A DNA stretch of 64,000 bases from Nitrosopumilaceae archaeon (GTDB lineage: Archaea > Thermoproteota > Nitrososphaeria > Nitrososphaerales > Nitrosopumilaceae). Below are positions 1 through 8,399 of the stretch, in pieces. A model generated the notes under the pieces. The model was not told where the DNA came from and ran no database searches. It worked only from the letters and a program-made list of their open reading frames with translations. Position 1 is the stretch's first letter, and each line of letters begins with the position of its first letter. The stretch spans positions 640,001-704,000 of the forward strand of contig CBDBCR010000001.1 of NCBI GenBank assembly GCA_965203465.1, in the 5' to 3' direction. A program made the translations under genes and the position numbers.

Positions 1-2
1 GG

Positions 3-308
3 CAGGCCTGCTTGCCGGCATCCTACGAGGTGCCCGAAGACGAAGAGTTTAGGATCAACAGGCGGCTGAACCGGAGGGGCCTCGTCTCCATGTGCCAAGT
101 ACACACCCACCCCGGGCGCGCGTTCCACAGCCGCGCTGACGACGAGGGATCCGCGCTGGCACTGCCCGGCTCGCTCAGCGTGGTCGTGCCCGGCTACGGG
201 GCCGCCGGGACAGACGACCCATCGGCGTGGGCGGTATACGAGCTGTCGGGACGGCGCTGGCGCCGCTTGGGCAGGAGCAGGGTGGAGAGGATGTTCCAGG
301 CACCATGA
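3..308 (+). CDS. JAB/MPN (Mov34) metallo-isopeptidase, 5'-partial; BilC-like deubiquitinase
   Basis: QVHTHPGRAFHSRADD matches the JAMM motif HxH-x7-S-x2-D. The frame is open to the window edge. Its stop overlaps the ATG of the E1 gene (ATGA at 305-308). Confidence 0.85.
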   Translation, partial: QACLPASYEVPEDEEFRINRRLNRRGLVSMCQVHTHPGRAFHSRADDEGSALALPGSLSVVVPGYGAAGTDDPSAWAVYELSGRRWRRLGRSRVERMFQAP

Positions 309-1798
309 CCTTCACCGCCGCGCAAAAGACCGACGCCCTGATGGGCGCTCTGCTGGGCAGCCCGGCCGTCGGCAGCATGCGCCGCCGGCTCGATTCTTTC
401 ACGGCGGACATCCGCCTGGTGGAGGATCCGCCCACGCCCAACGCGCAGGTGGCCTGCGGCGTCGCGCTGAACCTGCTGCCCCGGCTGCTCAAACACGTCG
501 GATACGACGGGCCCCGATCCGCCTTGCGGGGGGTTGTCCCCTTCGCACGTGCGGTTGCTGGATTCGGGGGGCGGCCGGGACGCCTCTGCCACCTTTGTTC
601 GTGCGCGGGGAGTCTTCCGGGGCGCGCAACGCCCTGTACGCGGGCTCGTCGGGGTGGAGCTCGTACCTGTCCGCGGGCGGCCCGTGCCCGTGGGTTCCGG
701 CCGTGTACAACGCGCTGGGCGCCATGCACGCGGGGGCCCTGGCAGTCGGCGAAGTGTTCAAGATGCTCGCGCGCGAAGCGAGGCCGGAGACGGCCGCCCG
801 CCTAGAGTACGATCTGGTCACCCACGGCAGAGCCAGGCAGCCCGTGACCGACCCGCCCGTCCCCGAAATAGTCGATCTGGGCGACCTGACCGTGGTCGGA
901 TGCGGGGCGATAGGGCAGGCGCTCTGCTGCGCGCTGTCCGCGACCAGGCTGGCGGGCCGAGTCACCCTGCTGGATCCGGAAAATTTCGACGAGTCCAACG
1001 AGCAGCGGTACCTGACGGCGTTCGAAGAGGAGAGGGGCAGGCCCAAAGTACGGCGTGCGGGCCTGATCCTGTCGGCCCGGAGCCCCCCGCTTCGGGTCAA
1101 CGCGACCGACCTGACGTACGAGGCCTACATGGAGACCGCCGACGCCCGCGTCTCGGAGGTGGCAGTCTGCGTCGACAACGTAAAGACCAGGCTCAACGCG
1201 CAGGCCGCCCTCCCGCGGACGCTCTGGAACGGGTGGACGGACGTAGAGCCGGGCAGCCTCAGGTACGGCGTGAGCAGGCATTCGCTGGCAGGCAGCTCCG
1301 TGCCTGGCGTGCTACTACCGCCCCGGCGGCGGCCCGCCCAGCGGCGAAGACATGGAAGCGTCAAAGACGGGGCTGAGCAGGGACCGTATAAGGGAGATAC
1401 GCGCGCGCGGGGAGCCGTGCAGCCGCGGCCTGCTGGCCGAGGTGGCGCGCGGCGCGGGAATGCCGCTGCGGCGGCTCCTGCCCTTCGAGGGCAGGCCGTT
1501 CGGGGACCTGCTCCACGGCGACTGCGGCGTGTTCTCGGCGCGGACGGGCGAGCCGGAGGCGCCGACGCCGGCCCCGCACCAGCCGGCGCTGGCGGGGATC
1601 CTGCTGGCTTCGCAGCTGATCCTGGAGAGGATCGCCCCAAAAGCGGCGGCCCTCAGGTCGCTGTCGGATTTCGACGCGCTGCGCGTGCCCGGGCCCCTGT
1701 GCCTGGTCGAGTCGAAGAGGCACCCGGACTGCTTTTGCAACGATCCGGCGTACCGGCGCGCATACGGGCGAAAGTGGGCCGGCTGGCCTCCGGGCTAA
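305..1798 (+). pseudogene. ThiF/E1 ubiquitin-activating enzyme (IAD+AAD+Cys domain, BilD-like) with three +1 frameshifts
   Basis: Motifs are spread over three frames: NALGAMHAGALAVGEVFK, VVGCGAIG, LLDPENFDESNEQRY, CVDNVKTR, CLAC (1301), GDCG and HPDCFC. Shifts fall near 528-533 (G6), about 594 and about 1300. Confidence 0.8.
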
Positions 1799-2206
1799 AG
1801 CGCGAGGCGGGGCTGCGGCGCACCGCCGCTAGCGCAGGCTCCGGCACGGGGCGATCTAGGCGCCGGAAAAAGCGTAGCGGGGCCGCCCGCATTTCCGCGC
1901 GTCCGGGCTCCGAGAACGCGCGGCCGCGCCGGCCGATCTGCCGCCGGAAGGCCGGCAGGGGATCGCGGGATCCCGGGTCTGCGCAGCCGGAGGCGTGCAG
2001 TCTCTGGAGCCCGGGATTGGACGAGATCTGCGGCATGCGCGACGGCGATTCGGGCCGGCCTCGGCGGGCGGCCCGCTCTGCCGTACGGGCGGACGGAGCG
2101 CCGGAGCGCGCGGCGCCTTTTTTCGCGCCCGAGCGATCCGCGGACGCGGCCGGTTACCGCCAAGCGATCGTAGAGTTTTTATGCGGGTCCGGAGGGCTGA
2201 CATGAC

Positions 2207-2314
2207 ATGGGCAAATACGAAGGCGCTGGAGACCAAGCGGATTTGGACAACCACGCCAACCAACTCAACCCTAACAACGACGAGTACGCCGGATCAGCAG
2301 ACAAAAAAGACTAG
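2207..2314 (+). CDS. 35-aa micropeptide MGKYEGAGDQADLDNHANQLNPNNDEYAGSADKKD
   Basis: Hand-translated (ATG 2207, TAG 2312-2314). TTTTTATG TATA-like box about 25 nt upstream. DNHANQLNPNN is a motif I recall from small uncharacterised proteins. Confidence 0.65.
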   Translation: MGKYEGAGDQADLDNHANQLNPNNDEYAGSADKKD

Positions 2315-2598
2315 GATTTTTTGACGCGGGCGCCAGCCCACATTCAACGTGCCCGACGAAGGGCGTTTTCCGGAGCTGGCGGTGCCGCGTGATCGTTCGT
2401 CTCCCCGATCTCGGGATTGGCGGGGCGGCCCGGTACGGAGGCGGCGCAGCTGCGGGTTCCGGCGGCGCCTGCCTGACCGAGCCGGACGGAGGCGATCGGG
2501 TGCGCGTGTCTGCGGCGCACGGCGCCGCGTCCTGGGTCGCGTCCAGCGGCAAATGCGGACCCGGCGGGCGCCTCGAGGGCGGCTGTCCGCGGCGCGCG

Positions 2599-3672
2599 TC
2601 AGTCCGGCTGGTCGCGGTCCGGATCGTTGCCTGTTCTTTTCTGGATTATGGACAGGGATTTTGAGATCAAATCCCTCGCGTTGTCCGGCTCGAATTTGGC
2701 GGCAAACCCGGTGACGTGCCCCAGCCTCCCTTTTGCGGTGATGACCAGCTCGCCGAGTTCGCCGCTGGCAGATTCGCACTCTTGCTCGAAGAAGTTGCCT
2801 GACAGATCTTTGACGATCGTAGGCGAGATGGCGATCAGCGTCTTTCCGTCCTGTATGAATTCGTTGAAAACCTCGTTGATGCCTTCGTCCCGGAACGAGC
2901 ATCCTACCACTATGCAGGCGTCCTGCTCCTTGAACTCTTTTTTCATGAGGCCGAATATTTCTGAAAACGGGATCTCCTTCTCGTCGTCCTTGGGGGAGAG
3001 GGTGGGCATGATCACCATGTCTTTTTCGACGTTGGGCCCGTCGCCGATCTCGAAACCCGCTACAATGCCGTACTTTTTGTGCATTTTCCATTCCAGCGAT
3101 CCGTGCAGTTTGTAGAGGCGCACGGGGTTGGTGGCATTCTGCGTATCGAACTCCCCACTCCATATGCGAACACCGTACGAATCATCAAACCCGTCAACGC
3201 AAGTGCAGTCGTACAGGCGGCAGCACGTCTCGATGGCGGTATCGTAATTCGTGGTAAAGACGGTGACGGCGCCGGTTTCCGATCTCAGATCATGAAAGAT
3301 CTGAAAGTGCACGTCATACAATTCTTCATCATGATCGTGCTTCCACCCGTAGTGGGATTTGAGGAGCGATTCTATCTGTCGTTCAAGCTCGGCAGACGAC
3401 GACACAAAGCCGCTCCCCGCGTATTTGATGCCGGGCATAGATTCGCCGCCAAAAACCAATCTGCCCGCGCCGGTTTCGTTAAACAGCCTCACGTCTTTGA
3501 GCGCCTGCAGTGCCTCTTCGACGTCCTTGAACCGGAGCCTGTCCGCAAGATGCTTGTAGAGTCTGCCCGTCTCGGCGTCCAGGCGCTCGGGCAGCAGCTG
3601 CAAGAATTCGGCGGTGGTGTGCTTGCTGAACATCGCCGACGCGCCCGCGCCAAGGAACAGCGAAACCCTCAC
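2599..3672 (-). CDS. SIR2-like (SIR2_2) domain protein, putative NADase, copy 1
   Basis: LFLGAGAS, FTTNYD, LYKLHGS, VGCSFRD. Likely start is GTG 3672 (or ATG 3696), matching the paralog. Confidence 0.88.
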   Translation of the reverse strand: MRVSLFLGAGASAMFSKHTTAEFLQLLPERLDAETGRLYKHLADRLRFKDVEEALQALKDVRLFNETGAGRLVFGGESMPGIKYAGSGFVSSSAELERQIESLLKSHYGWKHDHDEELYDVHFQIFHDLRSETGAVTVFTTNYDTAIETCCRLYDCTCVDGFDDSYGVRIWSGEFDTQNATNPVRLYKLHGSLEWKMHKKYGIVAGFEIGDGPNVEKDMVIMPTLSPKDDEKEIPFSEIFGLMKKEFKEQDACIVVGCSFRDEGINEVFNEFIQDGKTLIAISPTIVKDLSGNFFEQECESASGELGELVITAKGRLGHVTGFAAKFEPDNARDLISKSLSIIQKRTGNDPDRDQPD

Positions 3673-3809
3673 GGCGTAGGCCCCCGCGGCCTGCATATGA
3701 GAATTGCGCCGGAGGGGCCGCCCGGTAGCCGCCGGGCAGCTGCCGCGGGGAGATTTTCGCGGCGGCCGTCCGTAGACGCTCCGGCCCGCGGCCGGCCTTG
3801 AGCCTGAAC

Positions 3810-4481
3810 TCACTCGTGGCCCAGGACGTACCCGTCTATCGTTATGGTGCGGTCCTCCGTGTTGTGGACCACGATGCTGGAGCCGGCCCTGACGGTGCAC
3901 GTGTTGTGGTAGGCGTGCCACATCTGGCCGTGCCCCTCGCACGTGTAGTACCTTCCGACGCGGTCGCCCACAAAGCCGCCGACGTCGGTTTCGGGCGGGA
4001 GCACGTATATCCTGAACCCGTCGTATTCGTGATCCGTGGAGAAAGAATAGTAGACGGGGCCCCTGTTGCATACGGTGTACGTCATGTACCACCCGGACTG
4101 GAGGTCTTGGCCGGTGCTCCGGTATTCGGACGAGCACCGCGCCGCGGATCCCGGCTGCGCGCCCGCGTACTCTTGGACGGAGAACCTCTCCCCGCGCGTG
4201 ACGGCGCCGTTGGGGTTCTTGAACCCGTCGGCGCCGTACATCTGCGCCACCGCGGCTAGGCTGAAGGCCGACGGCGTCTTGGCCCTGGATTCCAGCCTGT
4301 CGCACGTGGGAACGCCGTTCTCCGCGCTGCACATTATGTCCCCGGTCTTGTTGAACGCGTGCCCCAGCCCCACGGCGTGGATGAACTCGTGGGCGGCCGT
4401 GGCCGAAACGCCCGCGTCTGATCTGCGCTGCCCCTCGGACGTGGAGCACACCACCGTCTGGACGGGCTTTTCGCCGGTCAT
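3810..4481 (-). CDS. Zn metalloprotease (matrixin/metzincin-like), probably N-terminally truncated
   Basis: HEFIHAVGLGH followed by a DIM Met-turn. The motif lies only about 30 aa from the start and there is no signal peptide. Confidence 0.7.
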   Translation of the reverse strand: MTGEKPVQTVVCSTSEGQRRSDAGVSATAAHEFIHAVGLGHAFNKTGDIMCSAENGVPTCDRLESRAKTPSAFSLAAVAQMYGADGFKNPNGAVTRGERFSVQEYAGAQPGSAARCSSEYRSTGQDLQSGWYMTYTVCNRGPVYYSFSTDHEYDGFRIYVLPPETDVGGFVGDRVGRYYTCEGHGQMWHAYHNTCTVRAGSSIVVHNTEDRTITIDGYVLGHE

Positions 4482-5737
4482 GTACGCGACCCCGTAATAG
4501 TCCGCGTCGTCCGGGACCGTTTGCGCGCACGGCGGTATTTTCCAGAGCCTATGCGTAACCCTGCTTTTGTCCGGGCTACCGTGCCGCGCACGCGCAAAAC
4601 GACAGGGCGGCTTGCGATCTGCGCGCGGAGACGTAGACCGCAGCGCGTTGTCTGCTGATCGCGCCGTCCGTTCTGGCCAAAGCTAGCGCACCGCCGGATC
4701 CCGGCGGCCTTGCAAGAAACCGCGCGCAGGCCCGCAGCACGGCAGCGTACCGCGCGCACGGCGGGTCTGGGGGATCCCGGCGGGAGCCCCGAGCGTCGGC
4801 GCCTTCGGCGCCGCTTGGGGATCTCCCTGCGCCGCTGTTTCACCCGTTGCCCGCCTTTTGCCCGTCGGCCATCTGGCAGTTTCTGGGGCGCTTTTCCATT
4901 CTGCGGAACGCCAGATCGCCTGGCACGCGCATCTGGGCGCCCCCCGGCCATGCTGGGAAAGACCCTAGCCAGCTCTACCGCCGTTCGACGCAGCGGGCTA
5001 TGCCAAGCCGGGCGCGGCCGCTCCGCAGATGCTTCTGCGCCTGTTGACTGCGACCAGCGCGTTGATCGAGATCTCGTTCTTGCCCGAAAACTCCTCCCCC
5101 GATTCTTTTCGCCCCTTGGCGCCGGTGCGGATTGCGCGCGCCGCCCACCAGCAGGGCGCAGTGGGATCCCGACGGCGCGACGTTTGACCCGTTCCGGCGT
5201 CCGGCGATCGCCTCGGAAATCGCCTTGGCCGCGGGGGATCTTTTCCAGCGCCTGCCTGTCGAGCGCGGGGTGCAGCGGGACGGCGCTCTGGACGATGCCG
5301 AACGCGGCGCCGAGTGCCCCTTGGCGCATGCCGGTGGAGGCGTACTGGGCTGAGGAGCGGCGCGTGGCGCTTGTACAGCTTGCGCCTGTTGCCCGGGATC
5401 CGACGCCGGGCATCCCTCCACGAACGGGGGCGTCCTGCCCGTCTCGCCGCGCCGCCCAAAGAGGTGCGCGCACTCTCCCCCGCAGATGCCCGAACGGGCG
5501 TGATCTCCACCCCTCGGCGCGTTGTCGAGCGCCTCGGACGCGTGCACCCGCCCCGGATCCCCGCGCGCCGTGCGGCCGACGGCGGGGTCGGACTTGCAGA
5601 GGCTGGGTTTCGCCTCGAGCGCCGCCTCCCGCCCCATGCGCGCCGCCTGCTCTCGCACGATCGCGTCCCGCGTAGCCGCACGCGGTCGCCGCGTCGGTCT
5701 TTGGCGGCCGCAGTCAAGAAAAATTGAGCTCGTGCGA

Positions 5738-6007
5738 TTACGCATAACCCGTAACTACTTCTACGTCCCGTTTGTTGTACATTATGCTGTTGCCGAAAAC
5801 GACGATGTCGGTGGTGTGCGTGGCTCTGTTTGTAATCGTGACGGTGTATTCCTCTGCGGGACCGTAGTGGATTTTCTGGTTCTGAAGCAGCGGTATCCTT
5901 ACGACCGGCGTCGTCGAATTTTTGATCGCCTCTGCCTGCTTCGAATCGAGCCCGTCGATCATAACGAACCGCTCTACGTAGTACCCCTTACCATCGGATC
6001 GGCTCAC
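5738..6007 (-). CDS. Small hypothetical protein
   Basis: Lower-GC, protein-like C-terminal part of ORF 5738..6334. GTG at 6007 with an AT-rich box upstream. Confidence 0.45.
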   Translation of the reverse strand: MSRSDGKGYYVERFVMIDGLDSKQAEAIKNSTTPVVRIPLLQNQKIHYGPAEEYTVTITNRATHTTDIVVFGNSIMYNKRDVEVVTGYA

Positions 6008-6204
6008 GGGGCGGGGCGCCCGTTCCCGGCCATAATAGCATATCGTTCGCCCGGCATTTCGCCCCCTCTGGGGGGAGTGCCGCCCTTGGAAAATCCGCAC
6101 AGGACCGCGGCGGCCGACGCGGACACCCGGCGCGAATGCGCCTGCCACAACTGGCGCGAAACTTGGGCGATCGGAGGATTCCCGTGCGGGGCCAGAGACC
6201 GGCC

Positions 6205-6311
6205 ATGACGCGGATGAATACGGAGCCGGCGACAAAGCGGACTTGGGTAACCACGCAAACCATCGACCCAAACAAGGGTGCGCCGGATCAGAGAAAAAAC
6301 GGGCTCTTTGA
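6205..6311 (+). pseudogene. Degenerate second copy of the DNHANQLNPNN micropeptide
   Basis: Reads DEYGAGDKADLGNHANH and then diverges. Nucleotide similarity to 2207-2314. Confidence 0.55.
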
Positions 6312-6643
6312 TGCGGGCGCCTGCCCGCATTCAACGTGCCCGACGAATGGCGTTTTCCGGAGCTGGAGATGCCGCGTGATCGTTCGGCGCCCCGATCTCG
6401 GGATCTGCGGCGCAGCCCGGCAGAGGCGGCGCAGCTGCGGGTTCCGGCGGCGCCCGCCTGGCCGCACCGGCCGGGCTACGGGCAGCCCGTTCGCCCCGTG
6501 TGTCGGACGGAGGCGAGCGGATTCCGGTCGTCTGCGCAGACCGCACGTTCGGGTTCCGTGGATGTCTCAAGGCCTCAAGACAGCCGCCTCCAGCGCACGC
6601 TGGCAAAATCGTGAGTGACTGACCAAGCGCGGCAGATCCGCGC

Positions 6644-7744
6644 CTAGAAAAAGCGACGCTCTTCGTCCGCGCGTGACTTTAGATCGCGGCACGGATCGCG
6701 GCCGGATCTCTCCCGGATCACGTCTAGCGATTCTGAGATCAGCTGTGGCGCGTTGCTGGATTCGAATTCGGCGTCAAACCCGGCGACGCACCCCTGTCCG
6801 TCTTTTGGAAAGATGTACGACTCTCCGTGATCGCCGCTAGCCGATTTACACTTTTGCTTGAACAGGTTGTCTGACAGATCCTCGACTACCGTGGGCGAGA
6901 TCACGATCAGCATCTTTTTGTCTTGTATGAATTCTCGGAAGACCTCATTGACGCTTTCGTCCCTGAACGAGCATCCGACCGCTATGCAGGCGTCCTGTTC
7001 CTTGAACTCTTTTTTCATAAGGCCGAATATTTCTGAAAACGGGTTCTCGTCTTCCTCGTCTTTTGGAGAACGGGTGGGCATGATCATGATGTCTTTTTTG
7101 ATGTTGGGCCCGCCGCTCAGTTCGGGGCTCATGATGATGCCGTACGTTTTGTGCAGTTTCCACTCCAGCGATCCGTGCAGTTTGTAGAGGCGCACCGGGT
7201 TCTTGGCGTTCTGCGTGCCAAAATCACCAGTCCATGCGCGACGGCCGTACCTCTCTGCAAAGCCGTCAACGCAAGTGCGTTCCGCCATGCGGCAGTACGT
7301 CTCGATGGCAGTATCGTAATTCGTGGTAAAAACGGTGACGGCGCCGGTTCGTGATTTCAGATCGCGGAAGATTTGATCGTAGGCATCCTGCAGCTTTTGA
7401 TCATGATCGTGGTTCCACGCATAGTGTGATTTGATGACCGATTCGATCTGGTTCTTCAACTCGGTGCACGACGGCCAAAAACCGCTCTGCGCGTCTTGAC
7501 TGCCCGGCATAGACGTAGACGCAAAAACCACTTTGCTCACGTCGGTCTTGCCGAACAGCCTTACGTCTTTGAGCGCCTGCAGGGCCTCTTCGATGTCCTT
7601 GAACCGAAGCTTGTCATCGAGGCGCTTGTAGAATTTGCCCGTCTCGGCGTCCAGGCGCTTGGGCAACAGCTGCAAGAATTCGGAGGTGGTGTGCTTGCCA
7701 AACATCGCCGACGCGCCCGCGCCAAGAAACAGCGAGACCTTCAC
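6644..7744 (-). CDS. SIR2-like (SIR2_2) domain protein, putative NADase, copy 2
   Basis: LFLGAGAS, FTTNYD, LYKLHGS, VGCSFRD. Clear paralog of 2599-3672. Confidence 0.88.
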   Translation of the reverse strand: MKVSLFLGAGASAMFGKHTTSEFLQLLPKRLDAETGKFYKRLDDKLRFKDIEEALQALKDVRLFGKTDVSKVVFASTSMPGSQDAQSGFWPSCTELKNQIESVIKSHYAWNHDHDQKLQDAYDQIFRDLKSRTGAVTVFTTNYDTAIETYCRMAERTCVDGFAERYGRRAWTGDFGTQNAKNPVRLYKLHGSLEWKLHKTYGIIMSPELSGGPNIKKDIMIMPTRSPKDEEDENPFSEIFGLMKKEFKEQDACIAVGCSFRDESVNEVFREFIQDKKMLIVISPTVVEDLSDNLFKQKCKSASGDHGESYIFPKDGQGCVAGFDAEFESSNAPQLISESLDVIRERSGRDPCRDLKSRADEERRFF

Positions 7745-8254
7745 GGCGTAGGCCCCAGCGGCCTGCATATGAAAATTGCGCTGCTGGCGGGGGCCGCCCG
7801 GTACAGGATCGGGCCCGCGTCCGGGCGCCGGCCTACCTGCACGGGGCTCTCGCACCCTGTCTGTACCTAGCCGGCCGCTGCGGGTGCGGCCCCCGGACGC
7901 TGCCCGCGCCTTCGGCGCGCGCGGCCGGCTCGGCGAACATCGAGGATGTCATTCTGGGCGGCCTCCGGCCGGGCGCGGCTTTCGCGCCCGGGCCGGCTTT
8001 GAAAAACGCCGTCTGTATGCGTTCAGCGCTTCGTGTTCTTTTGCACGCTGCGGTTGTCTAGCATCGCCTTGTGCTCTGCGCTGTTCGGATTGAACGCGTC
8101 CGATCTCTGATCGTTGGGCGTTCTCTTGGCCGCTGCCATGCCCGGTATGCGCACCCGCTCCCATTCATTTCGTAGCTTTACGGGGCCGCAACGGGCCTGC
8201 CCGCGCCCGTTTTTCCGCGCTCGGCGTGCCGCTGGGCGCGCCGAGCCGTTTTTT

Positions 8255-8399
8255 CATTTAAATATGCCGGCTGCGGCTCTGCCGATATGCTCGGGACAGC
8301 TCGCGCCCTCTGGGGGGGGGTATCGCTTGAGGATCCCCGCTAGGCCGCCTTGGCCCCCGCATGCCGACGGTGCCGCGGGGGGGGGGGGGGGCGTAGCCC
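8255..8399 (+). promoter_or_regulatory. TATA-like box (TTTAAATA 8257-8264) and leader with G9 (8312-8320) and G15 (8377-8391) tracts
   Basis: AT-rich box in a GC-rich background upstream of the giant gene. Homopolymers read directly. Confidence 0.5.

Larger units (their letters stand above)
6200..7805. repeat. Diverged direct duplication of about 2200-3730 (peptide + intergenic + SIR2 + upstream region)
   Basis: Intergenic 2322-2480 aligns with 6309-6470 (cattcaacgtgcccgacgaa.ggcgttttccggagctgg...). The SIR2 paralogs and their upstream gcctgcatatga.aattgcgc are shared. Confidence 0.85.

Noticed and set aside
595-2205. 536-aa ORF as an intact ThiF protein
   Set aside because: Only about 595-1300 is E1-like. 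The Zn-binding C-terminus is in another frame ending at 1798.
2599-4530. 643-aa ORF as a SIR2 fusion protein
   Set aside because: The N-terminal about 280 aa are an Arg-rich off-frame shadow of the metalloprotease gene. The paralog begins at the same VxVSLFLG position.
4560-5730. Overlapping 240-330 aa ORFs
   Set aside because: Low-complexity Arg/Pro/Ala translations in all frames with no recognisable domain. Probably non-coding or decayed.
8361-8399. Poly-G frameshift switch within the giant gene's coding start
   Set aside because: An in-frame TAG (8394-8396) lies just before the TTG, so the tract cannot be in the coding sequence whatever its length.
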